From Macrostomum lignano (lineage: Eukaryota): 38,270 nucleotides of DNA. The DNA lies in assembly GCA_002269645.1 (NCBI GenBank), contig NIVC01004030.1, positions 1 through 38,270 of the forward strand. Reading direction: 5' to 3'. Of the stretch, positions 24,705 through 35,089 are shown piece by piece. The notes beneath the pieces are model-generated. The model was not told the origin of the DNA. It saw nothing but the letters and a program-made list of their open reading frames with translations, and did not search any database. The translations under genes were made by a program, and so were the position numbers. Each line of letters begins with the position of its first letter. Within the stretch, counting starts at the first letter, position 1.

Positions 24705-24898
24705 ACTTCCTGCTTGCCTTGATTATGGGTGGGGTGTCCTCGCTAGAGCGGAAATGAATCCTACCGACTTCCGCTGTTTAATAAGGCTCGGCGGATTCGC
24801 TTGCTTCCGCTCCGAGCCGAGCTGCAGGAAATCGAAGCCCGACTGGATTGGCCTGTCCGCTCCAACTTCCTGCTCCTTAAAACCCTGCCACTTCCTGT
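24705..24898. promoter_or_regulatory. Cluster of 7 ETS-type GGAA sites plus a CCAAT box upstream of the ETS gene
   Basis: ACTTCCTG 24705, GCGGAAAT 24748, ACTTCCGC 24767, GCTTCCGC 24803, CAGGAAAT 24825, ACTTCCTG 24865 and CACTTCCTGT 24889; ATTGG at 24847. Confidence 0.5.
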
Positions 24899-25093
24899 TC
24901 CATTTTCGGGTCTTCATTTAACCGTAGTCCGTAGCCCTGTTTACCAGAGCTGAGCTGACGCCAGGACCCGCAGAGCAGAGCAGAAGTGAGCCCGCTGGAG
25001 GAAGGGAGAGTCCCCTATAGTGAGCAGGCAGGACTTTGAACAGCGAAACTTTTTAAGTCCGTTCTATCGCAAGCCGAAGCTAAAAACCAACTC

Positions 25094-25315
25094 ATGGAGA
25101 CTGAATCGGCTGCTGCGGCTAGCGAAGATCTTCGCCGTCACCGCCACAACAATCACAGTCGGCACAGCAGCGACGGCGAAGACAACAATAATTTTAACAA
25201 TAATAACAATAACCATAATAATAACAGTCATCCGGCAGAGCAGGCTTTGTCCTCAGATGAGGACGGCGACTTCGGATCCGCCGACGAGATTGGGAGCGAG
25301 GAGGCCAGCGCATGG
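25094..25315 (+). CDS. ELK: ELK-like ETS factor, coding exon 1 (74 aa, His/Asn/acidic low complexity)
   Basis: ATG at 25094 and donor TGG|GTGAGT at 25316 (phase 0). It splices in frame to the acceptor at 28238/28239. Confidence 0.7.
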
Positions 25316-25489
25316 GTGAGTTACTGGCAAATTTCCTGTCCTGTATAGTTAATATTTTAACATGATATTAAACTTTTCCGTTTAATTTTCACTAATAAAT
25401 CGACACGACACTAACAGGTCGAATCGCTTGGTCCCCCCTTTGATTTTTTTTGGGTCTCCGCCTAGGTTTTTAAAGCACCAGATTGCCTT

Positions 25490-26000
25490 TTGAGGTTTCT
25501 TTTAAGAGGCGCCATGTTGAATTTTTGAGGCGTCGGGTTGCTTTTTGAGGTTCCAAGTTGCTTTTTGAGGTGCCATGTTGCTTTTTGAGGCGCTTAGATT
25601 GCTTTTTGAGATGCCATGTTGCTTTTTGAGGCGCTTAGATTGCTTTTTGAGATGCCATGTTGCTTTTTGAGGCGCTTAGATTGCTTTTAGAGGCGCTTAG
25701 ATTGCTTTTAGAGGCGCTTAGATTGCTTTTTAGGCACCAGGTTGCTTTTTGAGGCGTCAAGTTGCTTTTTTAGGCACCAGGTTGCTTTTAGAGGTGCTTA
25801 GATTGCTTTTAGAGGTGCTTTAATAGCTTTTTAATTGCTTTTTGAGGCGTCAGATTGCCCTCTTAGGTACCAGATTTCTATCCTAGGCGCCAGGTTTCTA
25901 TCCGAGGCGCCAGATTGCTTTTCGGCGCGTTTAAGAGGCGCCACATTGCTTTTTCAGACGCCACATCGCTTCTTTAGGTGTCAAATTGCTTTTTGAGGTT
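25490..26000. repeat. Degenerate ~21-bp repeat (gaggcgcttagattgcttttt)n in the ETS intron
   Basis: Recurring gaggcgcc/ttag..attgcttttt units. Confidence 0.85.
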
Positions 26001-26479
26001 TCTTGCTGAGACACCAGACCGGTTTCTAGGGGTGCTTATATATATGGAGCAATTAGTGTGCACAAGTGTTTACGAGTTCAAATATTCCATAGTCAATTTT
26101 CGAACGAAGCTGAGCTGGTTGGTGTCATAAATTATCATAAAAAACTCCAACATAGCATAACCCAAAGCACTCAAAATATTCATAATCGTCTTTACCACGG
26201 GCATAACCTTAAAAAAATTCCTAATAAGGACTTGAAATCAAGAGACCCCGACTGCGCAGTTCTGCTTGCCAGTACCAAGGCATAAACTAAGGTGATCCTT
26301 TTTACTAAACCTAAATTTAGTGTGTGTGGATAGCAAAGTTATAAAAATTAGCATCGAATATATTAAAATTGCCACTAATCGTGTGTCGCGCAGGGCTGAA
26401 CAGCTGTTAGTGAGGAAGTTGGTTTGGTTAATGGTTGGCATGATTTTCATCGAAGCAACTCTTATTTACATTGCATGTA

Positions 26480-26870
26480 AAAATGGCACCTCTCAGATTC
26501 AAAGTGGCGCTGAAATGACAAAAATGGCACCTCTCAGATTCAAAGTGGCACAAACTCAATTAAAATGGCACCTCTCAGACTCAAAGTGGCACAAACTCTT
26601 GAAATGAAAATGGCACCTCTCAGATTCAAAGTGGCACAAACTCAATGAAAATGGCACCTCTCAGATTCAAAGTGGCACAAACTCATAATTAAAATGGCAC
26701 CTCTCAGATTCAAAGTGGCACAAACTCAATGAAAATGGCACCTCTCAGATTCAAAGTGGCACAAACTCAATTAAAATGGCACCTCTCAGATTCAAAGTGG
26801 CACAAACTCAATGAAAATGGCACCTCTCAGATTCAAAGTGGCACAAACTCAGAATTAAAATGGCACCTCT
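26480..26870. repeat. ~41-bp minisatellite (aaaatggcacctctcagattcaaagtggcacaaactcaatt)n
   Basis: About 9 units, with a period of 41-44 bp. Confidence 0.95.
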
Positions 26871-27374
26871 CTTTGGCGCCGCTGCCAATGCTGCATCTTA
26901 AAGAACTTATCTTTTTGAATTTCCTTTTTTGAGACAATCATTTCTATTCTTATGCATTACTATTACTATCACTATAATTACTATTACTATTACTATTACG
27001 AAACTATACTATAGTAAGTAAACAATCTGCAGTTATTGCCAGCCATGGACGCCTAGAATATAATGATCTGGAACATTTTGAAGTTTTGAAGTTTACAGAG
27101 AAAGCTTCTAGTCCAGATCACTACCATCAGGCGTCCATGGTTAGTTCGTTCGCCATGGATAACATAGATTGTTATCGAACAGCATTCCTGTGGTTTTTGT
27201 GCCTTGGAATCTGTTGTGTCATGTCGTGAATTCTTGATGCTATTTATAGAAGCACATAGTTGTAGTATTTAAGTCTGTTTGATGACTATATAAGTATTAG
27301 GCTTGTCAGATCAGATCACGCACAAGAAAAACAAAGATTGTTCATAGGCTGTCATTTAGGGCGCCAAAATAAAC

Positions 27375-28100
27375 ATGAGGTCGCCAAAATGATCACGAGG
27401 TAACCAAAACGATCACGAGGTCACTAAAATGATAATGAAGTCACCAAAATGATCACGAGGTAACCAAAAAATCACGAGGTCACTAAAATGATCACGAGTT
27501 TACCAAAATGATCATCAGGTCACCAAAATAATCATGAGGTCGCTAGAATGATTTCGAGGTCACCAAACTGAGCATGAGGTCGCCAAAATGATCACGAGGT
27601 AACCAAAATGATCACAAGGTCACTAAAATGATAATGAGGTCACCAAAATGACCATGAGGTCAGCAAACTGATCATGAGGTCACCAAAATGACCGTGAGGT
27701 CAGAAAACTGATCATGAGGTCACCAAAATGACCATGAGGTAACCAAAATGATCATAGGTCACTAAAATGATCATGAGGTCACCAAAATGACCATGAGGTC
27801 AGCAAACTGATCATGAGGTCACCAAAATGACCATGAGGTAACCAAAATGATCATAGGTCACCAAAATGATCATGACGTCACCAAAATGATCATGAGGTCG
27901 TTAAAGTGATAATGAGGTCACCAAAATGATCATGAGGTCCCAAAATGACCATGAGGTCACCAAAATGATCATGAGGTTATTAAAATGATCATGAGGTCAC
28001 CAAAATGATCATGCGGTCACCAAACGATCATGAGGTCATCAAAGTGATAATGAGGTCACCGAAATGATCATGACGTCGCTAGAATTATCACGAGGTAACC
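27375..28100. repeat. Degenerate 20-bp minisatellite (gaggtcaccaaaatgatcat)n
   Basis: About 36 units in the ETS intron. Confidence 0.93.
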
Positions 28101-28238
28101 AAAATTAACGCGAGAGAGTCTAACCTTAATAATAATTTCCCAGAGCTAATTACAATGGCTATATAATATACATACAAAAGTATAAATTATACTCGAATTC
28201 CTAATGATGATGATAATTTAAATGAATTCTATTCGCAG

Positions 28239-29909
28239 CTCGCCCGCGCCAGCCGCAGCCTATGCGAAGATTCCCAAGCCGCTGCTGCAGGCATGGACCT
28301 CAGTGGCGCGATCGGCGTCGGAGGCGCCGGCAGTGTCACCAGCACTGGCGGCGGCGTCGGGATCGGCGTCGGCGCCGACGGTTCTTCGCCGCCGTTGCAA
28401 GGCGAGGTGAACGTCACGCTGTGGCAGTTCCTGCTGGAGCTGCTGATGAGCCGGCAGTACTCGCACGTGATCCAGTGGACCAACCGGGAGGGCGAGTTCC
28501 AGCTGCTGAGAGCCGAGGAGGTGGCCCGGCTGTGGGGCATGCGGAAGAACAAGAACCACCGGATGAACTACGACAAGCTGTCCCGGGCGCTGAGGTACTA
28601 TTACCAGAAGAACATCATCAAGAAGGTCCAGGGGCAGAAGTTTGTGTACAGATTTGTCGGTTTAAGCGACAGCGTACTGAGGGCGCCGAGGTCACTTGGC
28701 ACCGCGGCGGCCGCGGCGGCAGCGGCGTCGAGCATCGCGACACCGTCTGACGGAGTCAGCCCGAAGCTCGAAGCGGTGGACGACGATTTGCCGGCCTCTC
28801 CGCAGCTCGAAGAGCCGCAGGCGGCGATTCCCGTCCCGTTGTTGCAGAAGCAGCCGCAGCCGCCTCAACAGCTTCAGCATCAGCCGACCGAGTCGCTGAC
28901 TCCGCCCCCACAGCCAGCGGTGCTGAACCACCAGCCCAGGAGGCTGTGGCAGCATCATCATATCCAGCAGCATCAGCAGCAGCAGCACCAAGGCCTCGAT
29001 CTCAGTCTGCCGCACGCGGCTGCAGCAGCCGCAGCCTTGCTAGCGTCGTCAGCAGCGTCAACACCGCCGCAGCCGCAGCCTTTGGCGCTGTCTAAGCGGC
29101 TCCGTTCGCCCGAATCCGCCGCCGCCGCCGCCGCTGCCTCCGCCAGATCGCCGGAGTCTCCGCCGGCCAAGCGGCCCTGCTGCGCTTGCCGCTGCCACGA
29201 GTCGCCGGTGGACTCGGCAGCGTCCGGAGCGAATTCTACTGCCGGCTCGACTCCTCGCATCAAAACCGAGCCGACAGTCGGAGCAGCGACAGCGGCGTCG
29301 GCTGCCGACTCGCCAGATAGCGGCAGCAGCGGCGGCGGCGGCTTGCCCAGCAGCTACATCCAATGGCTGACTCTCGAGCTCGCTGGCGGAGCGGCTGCAG
29401 CCGCAGGAGGAAGCGGCAGCGGCGGAGGCAGCGGCGGCGGCCCCCCGGCTTTCCTGCACTCCAGCCGGCACGCGGCCAACATGAAGAAGCTGGCAGAGCA
29501 CATCCGCCTGCAGAAGCTGTTCAAGAGGCCGTCGCTGACACCGACGCAGCCGCACCAGCCGCCGCCGACGCATCAGTCCGCGGATCCTGTCGCTGCCGCG
29601 GCTGCCTCGCCGTCAGCGTCAAGCCACGGCCTGAGCCATCAGCAGCCGGCTCCGCCGCACGCCGCAGCCGCTGGCCTCACCGCCGCCTCGTCGTCGTATG
29701 CAAGCAACGGGTCGCCGTTCTCCCCGCCCGGCTGCGTGTGGATGCCGGTGCCCGTGGCCATGCTGTCCCAGCTCTGGGCCGGCCAGGAAGCCGCCGCCGC
29801 CGTGGCCGCCGCCTCCGCAGCCGCCGCCGCTGCAGCCGCGGCCGCGGCCGCTCCCTCTTCAACCTCCGGTGGCGTCCCCGGCGGCGAGTCCGAAGGTCAA
29901 GGCGAATAA
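28239..29909 (+). CDS. ELK: ELK/TCF-subfamily ETS transcription factor (ELK1/3/4, lin-1-like), main exon
   Basis: The ETS domain [74 protein letters not shown] (~28413-28660) closely matches ELK1 by recall. The acceptor attcgcAG at 28237-38 is in frame with the ATG at 28293. The C-terminus is Ala/Gln/Pro-rich with SP/TP sites. Confidence 0.93.
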   Translation, partial: LARASRSLCEDSQAAAAGMDLSGAIGVGGAGSVTSTGGGVGIGVGADGSSPPLQGEVNVTLWQFLLELLMSRQYSHVIQWTNREGEFQLLRAEEVARLWGMRKNKNHRMNYDKLSRALRYYYQKNIIKKVQGQKFVYRFVGLSDSVLRAPRSLGTAAAAAAAASSIATPSDGVSPKLEAVDDDLPASPQLEEPQAAIPVPLLQKQPQPPQQLQHQPTESLTPPPQPAVLNHQPRRLWQHHHIQQHQQQQHQGLDLSLPHAAAAAAALLASSAASTPPQPQPLALSKRLRSPESAAAAAAASARSPESPPAKRPCCACRCHESPVDSAASGANSTAGSTPRIKTEPTVGAATAASAADSPDSGSSGGGGLPSSYIQWLTLELAGGAAAAAGGSGSGGGSGGGPPAFLHSSRHAANMKKLAEHIRLQKLFKRPSLTPTQPHQPPPTHQSADPVAAAAASPSASSHGLSHQQPAPPHAAAAGLTAASSSYASNGSPFSPPGCVWMPVPVAMLSQLWAGQEAAAAVAAASAAAAAAAAAAAAPSSTSGGVPGGESEGQGE

Positions 29910-30757
29910 ACGGCGGGACTCCGCCAGTGAAGCGCTATAGCTTATGGGTTGTCGACATCGTAGTGAGCAGCACTCTTTACATACCAATATTCCTACATAC
30001 TCGCATATTAAACTATCAATATTATAGTAAATCTTTGTTTAAACTGTACAGCTAGTACTGAATGCACGTCAAAACACTCCCAAGTGTACTTTTGTTTGTA
30101 CTTTAATTTTTAGACAATATCTCGCCTCGGCCCGCTTTATAAATGCCATCCTTTGCTGCTACCCGATTTTCTTTTTGTCTCTCTTTCCTGTTTTCCTTTT
30201 CTTGTTGCAAACCTCTCTTCTGCGCGTTTTTTCCTACTCCGCTCTGTCACCTGGGAGGGACAATGCGAGCAATTATCAGTTCAAAGCGAAACTCGCAGCA
30301 GAAGAATGGACGTTGCGCCTACTGTTAGTAGCATTGGATTTTCGGTCAGTTTTTTTTTATGATTCCTTTTCTTTTTAATATATTTTTGTCCTTAACTCCG
30401 CCCTCCACCCTCTTTCTTCGCTTGGGTCCCCACGTCCTGCCAACCGATGCATTCCCAGTAGTGCAGATCCCCCCCTGTACATAGCAGCACGATCCCCTCC
30501 CTCGGAAGATCGCAGTTGTTGTACGCCATCAAAATCCGACTGGCTAAATAAATTATTAGTTGGGCACCAATGCTGCATGAGAAGGGGCAGACTAAGCTTC
30601 TCTTCTTGTTTTCAAATCGTCTGCAATGACCTTTCTTTGTGAAATTATTTCTATTTACAAAGAAATTGCTTGTTCAGGGAAGCGCGCGCTGTTTTTTGGG
30701 GGGCGCGGTTGATGGGGCCAGTACCAGTGGCGCCAGTATCAATGGGCACCAGTGCCA

Positions 30758-30826
30758 GTGGCGCCACAACTGCTGTGAACGGGGCGCCACAATTGCTGTG
30801 AATGGGGCGCCACAATTGCTGTGAAT
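30758..30826. repeat. 23-bp unit x3 (ggggcgccacaattgctgtgaat)
   Basis: Starts at about 30758, 30781 and 30804. Confidence 0.85.
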
Positions 30827-31288
30827 AGGACATTGTGTGATGCTAGGAAATGAACTGTCAGAGTGCAACAAATCTTGACCACCACTTCGTATAGCCCCTG
30901 TCTGGCTGGCAGAAAAAGATTGAAAGAATAAAAATATAAATATTTTTTCATTAAACTGAAATTTAAATTGTGTCCGTGGAATTGACAGTTCCAAGGGGAC
31001 AGCTGTAGCTATATTAATATCCGGCCAGCAGGGAAGTGACTGCAGCTTACTTTACAGCTGCCTCGGACAGGAAGTTCAATTTCCGGTTTGGAAAGACTGG
31101 CGCCACCGTTTTGGCATCCTTGCTTCCGGCCTCGATTCAGTAGCAAAACTTTTGCCAATCTCTCTTTGCAGGAAATTTCTATGTATACCTTACTAGTTCC
31201 TCCGGATAAAGTTGTCATTTTTGTATCTTTTCAAGACTGTAATTTATGCATGACAAAGCGCATCTGTTGACATGTTTGAGAATGAATA

Positions 31289-31950
31289 ACTGCCATTTTG
31301 GGTTTGAAGTGGACTGCCATTTTGTGTTTGAATTGGATTGCCATTTTGGGTTTGAATTGGATTGCCATTTTGGTTTTGAATTGGACTGTCATTTTGTGTT
31401 TGAATTGGACTGCCATTTTGTGTTTGAAGTGGACTGCCATTTTGTGTTTGAATTGGATTGCCATTTTGGGTTTGAATTGGATTGCCATTTTGGTTTTGAA
31501 TTGGACTGTCATTTTGTGTTTGAAGTGGACTGCCATTTTGTGTTTGAATTGGATTGCCATTTTGTGTTTGAATTGGATTGCCATTTTGTGTTTGAATTGG
31601 ACTGTCATTTTGTGTTTGAATTGGATTGTCATTTTGTGTTTGAATTGGATTGCCATTTTGTGTTTGAATTAGATTGCCATTTTGGGTTTGAATTGGATTG
31701 CCATTTTGGGTTTGAATTGGACTGTCATTTTGTGTTTGAATTGGACTGCCATTTTGTGTTTGAATTGGATTGTCATTTTGTGTTTGAATTGGATTGCCAT
31801 TTTGTGTTTGAATTAGATTGCCATTTTGGGTTTGAATTGGATTGCCATTTTGGGTTTGAATTGGACTGTCATTTTGGGTTTGAATTGGACTGCCATTTTG
31901 TGTTTGAATGGGACTGTCATTTTTTTATGTGGACTGCCATTTTGTGTTTG
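31289..31950. repeat. 24-bp minisatellite (tgccattttgtgtttgaattggat)n
   Basis: About 27 units; it gives the spurious DCHFVFEL ORF. Confidence 0.97.
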
Positions 31951-32429
31951 AATGCGGCTAACCTTTCTGCTTTGTTACATGTACCTCACACACGAGTCTG
32001 GAGAGCGGGGTGGATGCAGTTTGGATCAGTCTCAGGGGTCACGACAGACTTAGACAGAGCAAAACAGCGGTTGAAAGTGAATATGCTTGACTAATGTGTT
32101 TCTTTAGCAAATGATTTGGAAAGCTTTGAGCTGGCGTGCAAGCGGGAATCGCACATACACTGTATAGGGGCGGGGGGGGGCACCAGGGCATGTTTCAGCC
32201 GGCAGGTGCGGGCAAATGCATGGCGCCGTTCCCCATCATTATTCCCCAGCTCCTCATCAATTCCACACGTGACCCCAGCTGCAGTCACCTCAGAGCCCGC
32301 GCTGTTTCAAAGAAGCCTTTAATAAAATAGTGCAGCTCAGATAATAAGCCCGCGCATCCGATGCTTCACTAATTACACGGCATTAGCATGAGCTTTTAAT
32401 CACACGGTTTTATCCCTGCTAATCGACAG

Positions 32430-32507
32430 CCTGCAGACCCGATTGCAACGACTGTCAGCACGTGACCTACTTGGAGAATGTCATGTGCCAGTGCACCAAC
32501 AACGCCT
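32430..32507 (+). CDS. Cys-rich exon (putative exon 5 of the CAP-EGF gene)
   Basis: atcgacAG|(A)CRPDCNDCQHVTYLENVMCQCTNNA|GTAAGT. The exon is 78 nt, phase 1-1, which is compatible with the phase-1 donor at 21919. Confidence 0.8.
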
Positions 32508-33183
32508 GTAAGTGTGCTCCATATTGGTGACTTTTTAGTTAGTCCTACTTTTAAAGACACTACCAATCAAATTCAACCAGTATTTCTAATTTTGTCTATG
32601 GTCAAAACGAATGGTCAGATTCAGACAAGTCATGAGGCTCCTGTTGTATAAATGAAGTTGGGGAGTCAGCCGGACCCATTCAATCGATAGGATTGGTGTT
32701 CCATCCATGGATGTCCTCACGGTTGCCATGCGAGTGAAGTCCAGTTTGCTCCCGCACTGCGCTTCAGGCCCCGAGCGTGAAGATATCTGATTTTGTACAC
32801 ATGTTGTCTGACAGTTTAGTCACAGTTGCTATGGTTTCACTTGTTCGCTGTGAGCATGTCGCAAATCAAACAATTCTCGGTCTAATGCCAATGGTTCTGA
32901 GTTTGAAGTCTGAATTACAGTACACGGTTTTGGCCACAGACGATCGATGAAGCATTGGTTGAATATGGTACATTGCTGTGTGTGGAACCCCTTGACACAC
33001 AGAGAGTATCGAACTAAGGCCCACGGCATTCGACAGCCAGTCTTTGTACCAAGCCCCCATGAAACTTTTACTACAAGCTATACTCGTACAAAGTACTTCC
33101 TCTTGCTCCGCCAATATTCAATCCCTATATAAGTTCAACTATAAACCGTCACTGTAATTGAAACTTCCTACCACTTGGTACAG

Positions 33184-33306
33184 CCTGCACTGCTTCGGTG
33201 TGCAGCGCTGCGGGCACGCCGTGCGTTCATGGCAGCGACACGTCCAGCAGCGGTGGGGCCTGCGTTTGCACCTGCGCAAGCGGCTACTCAGGGCCGCAGT
33301 GCCAGT
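33184..33306 (+). CDS. EGF-like domain exon (putative exon 6)
   Basis: ggtacAG|(S)CTASVCSAAGTPCVHGSDTSSSGGACVCTCASGYSGPQCQ|GTGAGT. It carries the EGF C.C..GY.G..C signature and is 123 nt, phase 1-1. Confidence 0.88.
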
Positions 33307-33459
33307 GTGAGTTTTGCGTCTTTGTTGCGTCTGCTAGCTTAGCAAAACTTTTAATGAGGCAGCTGCGCTACATTGGAAAGATGAAAGGCTTGTAAACTAC
33401 TTTTTTTGGTTTCTATTGCATTTTCTAAGAAATTGACTCCAATTGGTACAGTCATTAGT

Positions 33460-33580
33460 GTCGATTCTTAGAAAATGACTCCACTTTTTACAGCCATTAG
33501 AAAGGATTCTTAGAAACTGACTCTTTGTTACAGTCATTAGAGTGGATTCTTAGAAACTGACTCTTTGCTCACAGCTTTTT
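33460..33580. repeat. ~40-bp unit x3 (gattcttagaaactgactc..acagtcattag)
   Basis: Three degenerate tandem copies in an intron. Confidence 0.75.
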
Positions 33581-33666
33581 AATTAAACTGAAAGGTAGTC
33601 TATTAAGAGCCAGAGCGAATGGTGAATTTCTTAGACAGCAAGCTCTTTCGCGTGGATCTATTCTAG

Positions 33667-33755
33667 TCGATACAAGTCAGCTGGACAATGGCATTCAGCT
33701 GCGCTTTGCTGGCGGAGTGCGGTCCTGCAGTTACTATCCGACACCCACGTATTTG
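33667..33755 (+). CDS. Putative exon 7
   Basis: attctAG|(F)DTSQLDNGIQLRFAGGVRSCSYYPTPTYL|GTGAGA. Phase 1 in and phase 0 out, bridging exons 6 and 8 exactly. Confidence 0.75.
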
Positions 33756-33924
33756 GTGAGAGATAAAAATATAAATTTTAGCTGCCTTATGGGCCTACTT
33801 AAAGTAGCATTGATTGAACACGCTGATTAACTAGTTAACCAGTTACTAATAGAGAAGGGATCAGTGACAAGTCAATGAATGGCCCTAGGGGAAGAGAGGG
33901 AGTGACAAGTGATAAGCCAAGTCA

Positions 33925-34211
33925 AGTGACAAGTCAGTGCCTCAGAGGAATGGGAGGGAGTGACAAGTCAATATCTCAAAGGAATGGGAGGGAGTGACAA
34001 GTCAGTGCCTGAGAGGAATGGGAGGGAGTGACAAGTCAAAGCCTCAAAGGAATGGGAGAGAGTGACAAGTCAATGCCTCAAAGGAACGGGAGGGAGTGAC
34101 AAGTCAATGCCTCAAAGGAATGGGAGGGAGTGACAAGTCAATGCCTCAAAGGAATGGGAGGGAGTGACAAGTCAATGCCTCAAAGGAACGGGAGGGGTGA
34201 CAAGTCAATGC
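33925..34211. repeat. 34-bp minisatellite (gtgacaagtcaatgcctcaaaggaatgggaggga)n
   Basis: About 8-9 units, with degenerate units back to about 33860. Confidence 0.95.
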
Positions 34212-34269
34212 GTAGGGTAGGGTAAAGGCATGTCAGATATCCAACCACCAGCCTCTCCTCCGTCCACAG

Positions 34270-34567
34270 TGGCAGAGCTCCCTCCAGTTACCCGTGCTCG
34301 CCTCAATCGCGGATATTCTCAACAAATTCTGCTCCGGTGACGACCTGGGATCGAATCTGACGGCCGCGGCAATCGCGGCGCTGTGCTGCCCGGACACCGG
34401 CGCCACGGCAGGCAACAGCCAGCTGTTCATCAATGCCAGCGACTTTGGCGTGGTGGCAGCCGACAGCGGCTATTATCCGCTGCAGGAGGTGACAGGCGAG
34501 ACCAAGGTGGTGCTGTACGCAAGGCGGAGATCCACTGACGCGTTCTGCAAGCGGGTGACTGCTTCCG
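34270..34567 (+). CDS. Putative exon 8 (unrecognised Cys-containing extracellular domain)
   Basis: ctcctccgtccacAG|WQSSLQLPVLASIADILNKFCSGDD..ALCCPDTG..KVVLYARRRSTDAFCKRVTAS(G)|GTGAGG. GC3-rich codons; phase 0 in, phase 1 out. Confidence 0.82.
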
Positions 34568-34600
34568 GTGAGGAATACTCTCAGTTCTCCATTATCCATG

Positions 34601-34886
34601 TACTTTGAGTTCTCCGTGTACTTTGAGTTCTCCTTGTACTTTGAGTTCTCCGTGTACTTTGAGTTCTCTATGTACTTTGAGTTCTCCGTGTACTTTGAGT
34701 TCTCCGTGTACTTTGAATTCTCCGTGTACTTTGAGGTCTCCGTGTACTTTGAGATCTCTATGTACTTTGAGTTCTCCGTGTACTTTGAGTTCACCGTGTA
34801 CTTTGAATTCTCCGTGTACTTTGAGTTCTGTATGTACTTTGAGTTCTCCGTGTATTTTGAGTTCTTTATGTACTTTGAGTTCTCCA
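34601..34886. repeat. 18-bp minisatellite (tactttgagttctccgtg)n
   Basis: About 16 intronic units. Confidence 0.96.
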
Positions 34887-35089
34887 TGAACTTAGAGTTC
34901 GCGTGTCTCCAAACGGATTTTGTACAGATTTTTTCTTTTCTCCGTAGTTTAAATAGGGAACAATTACGATATAGACAGACAAACTCAGTTGGGAAAAATC
35001 GTCTAAAAAGGTACACAAAAAGATGAAATGAAATGACATTTCCTGTAGTTGTTGTTCATGTTTAGTAAAACCAAAACCTTGCACTGCAG

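Noticed and set aside
30143-30378. Hydrophobic short ORFs as a possible signal-peptide first exon for the EGF exons
   Set aside because: The hydrophobicity comes from a T/C-rich low-complexity tract in the probable ETS 3' region, and I found no convincing phase-1 donor. It is not fully excluded without RNA data.
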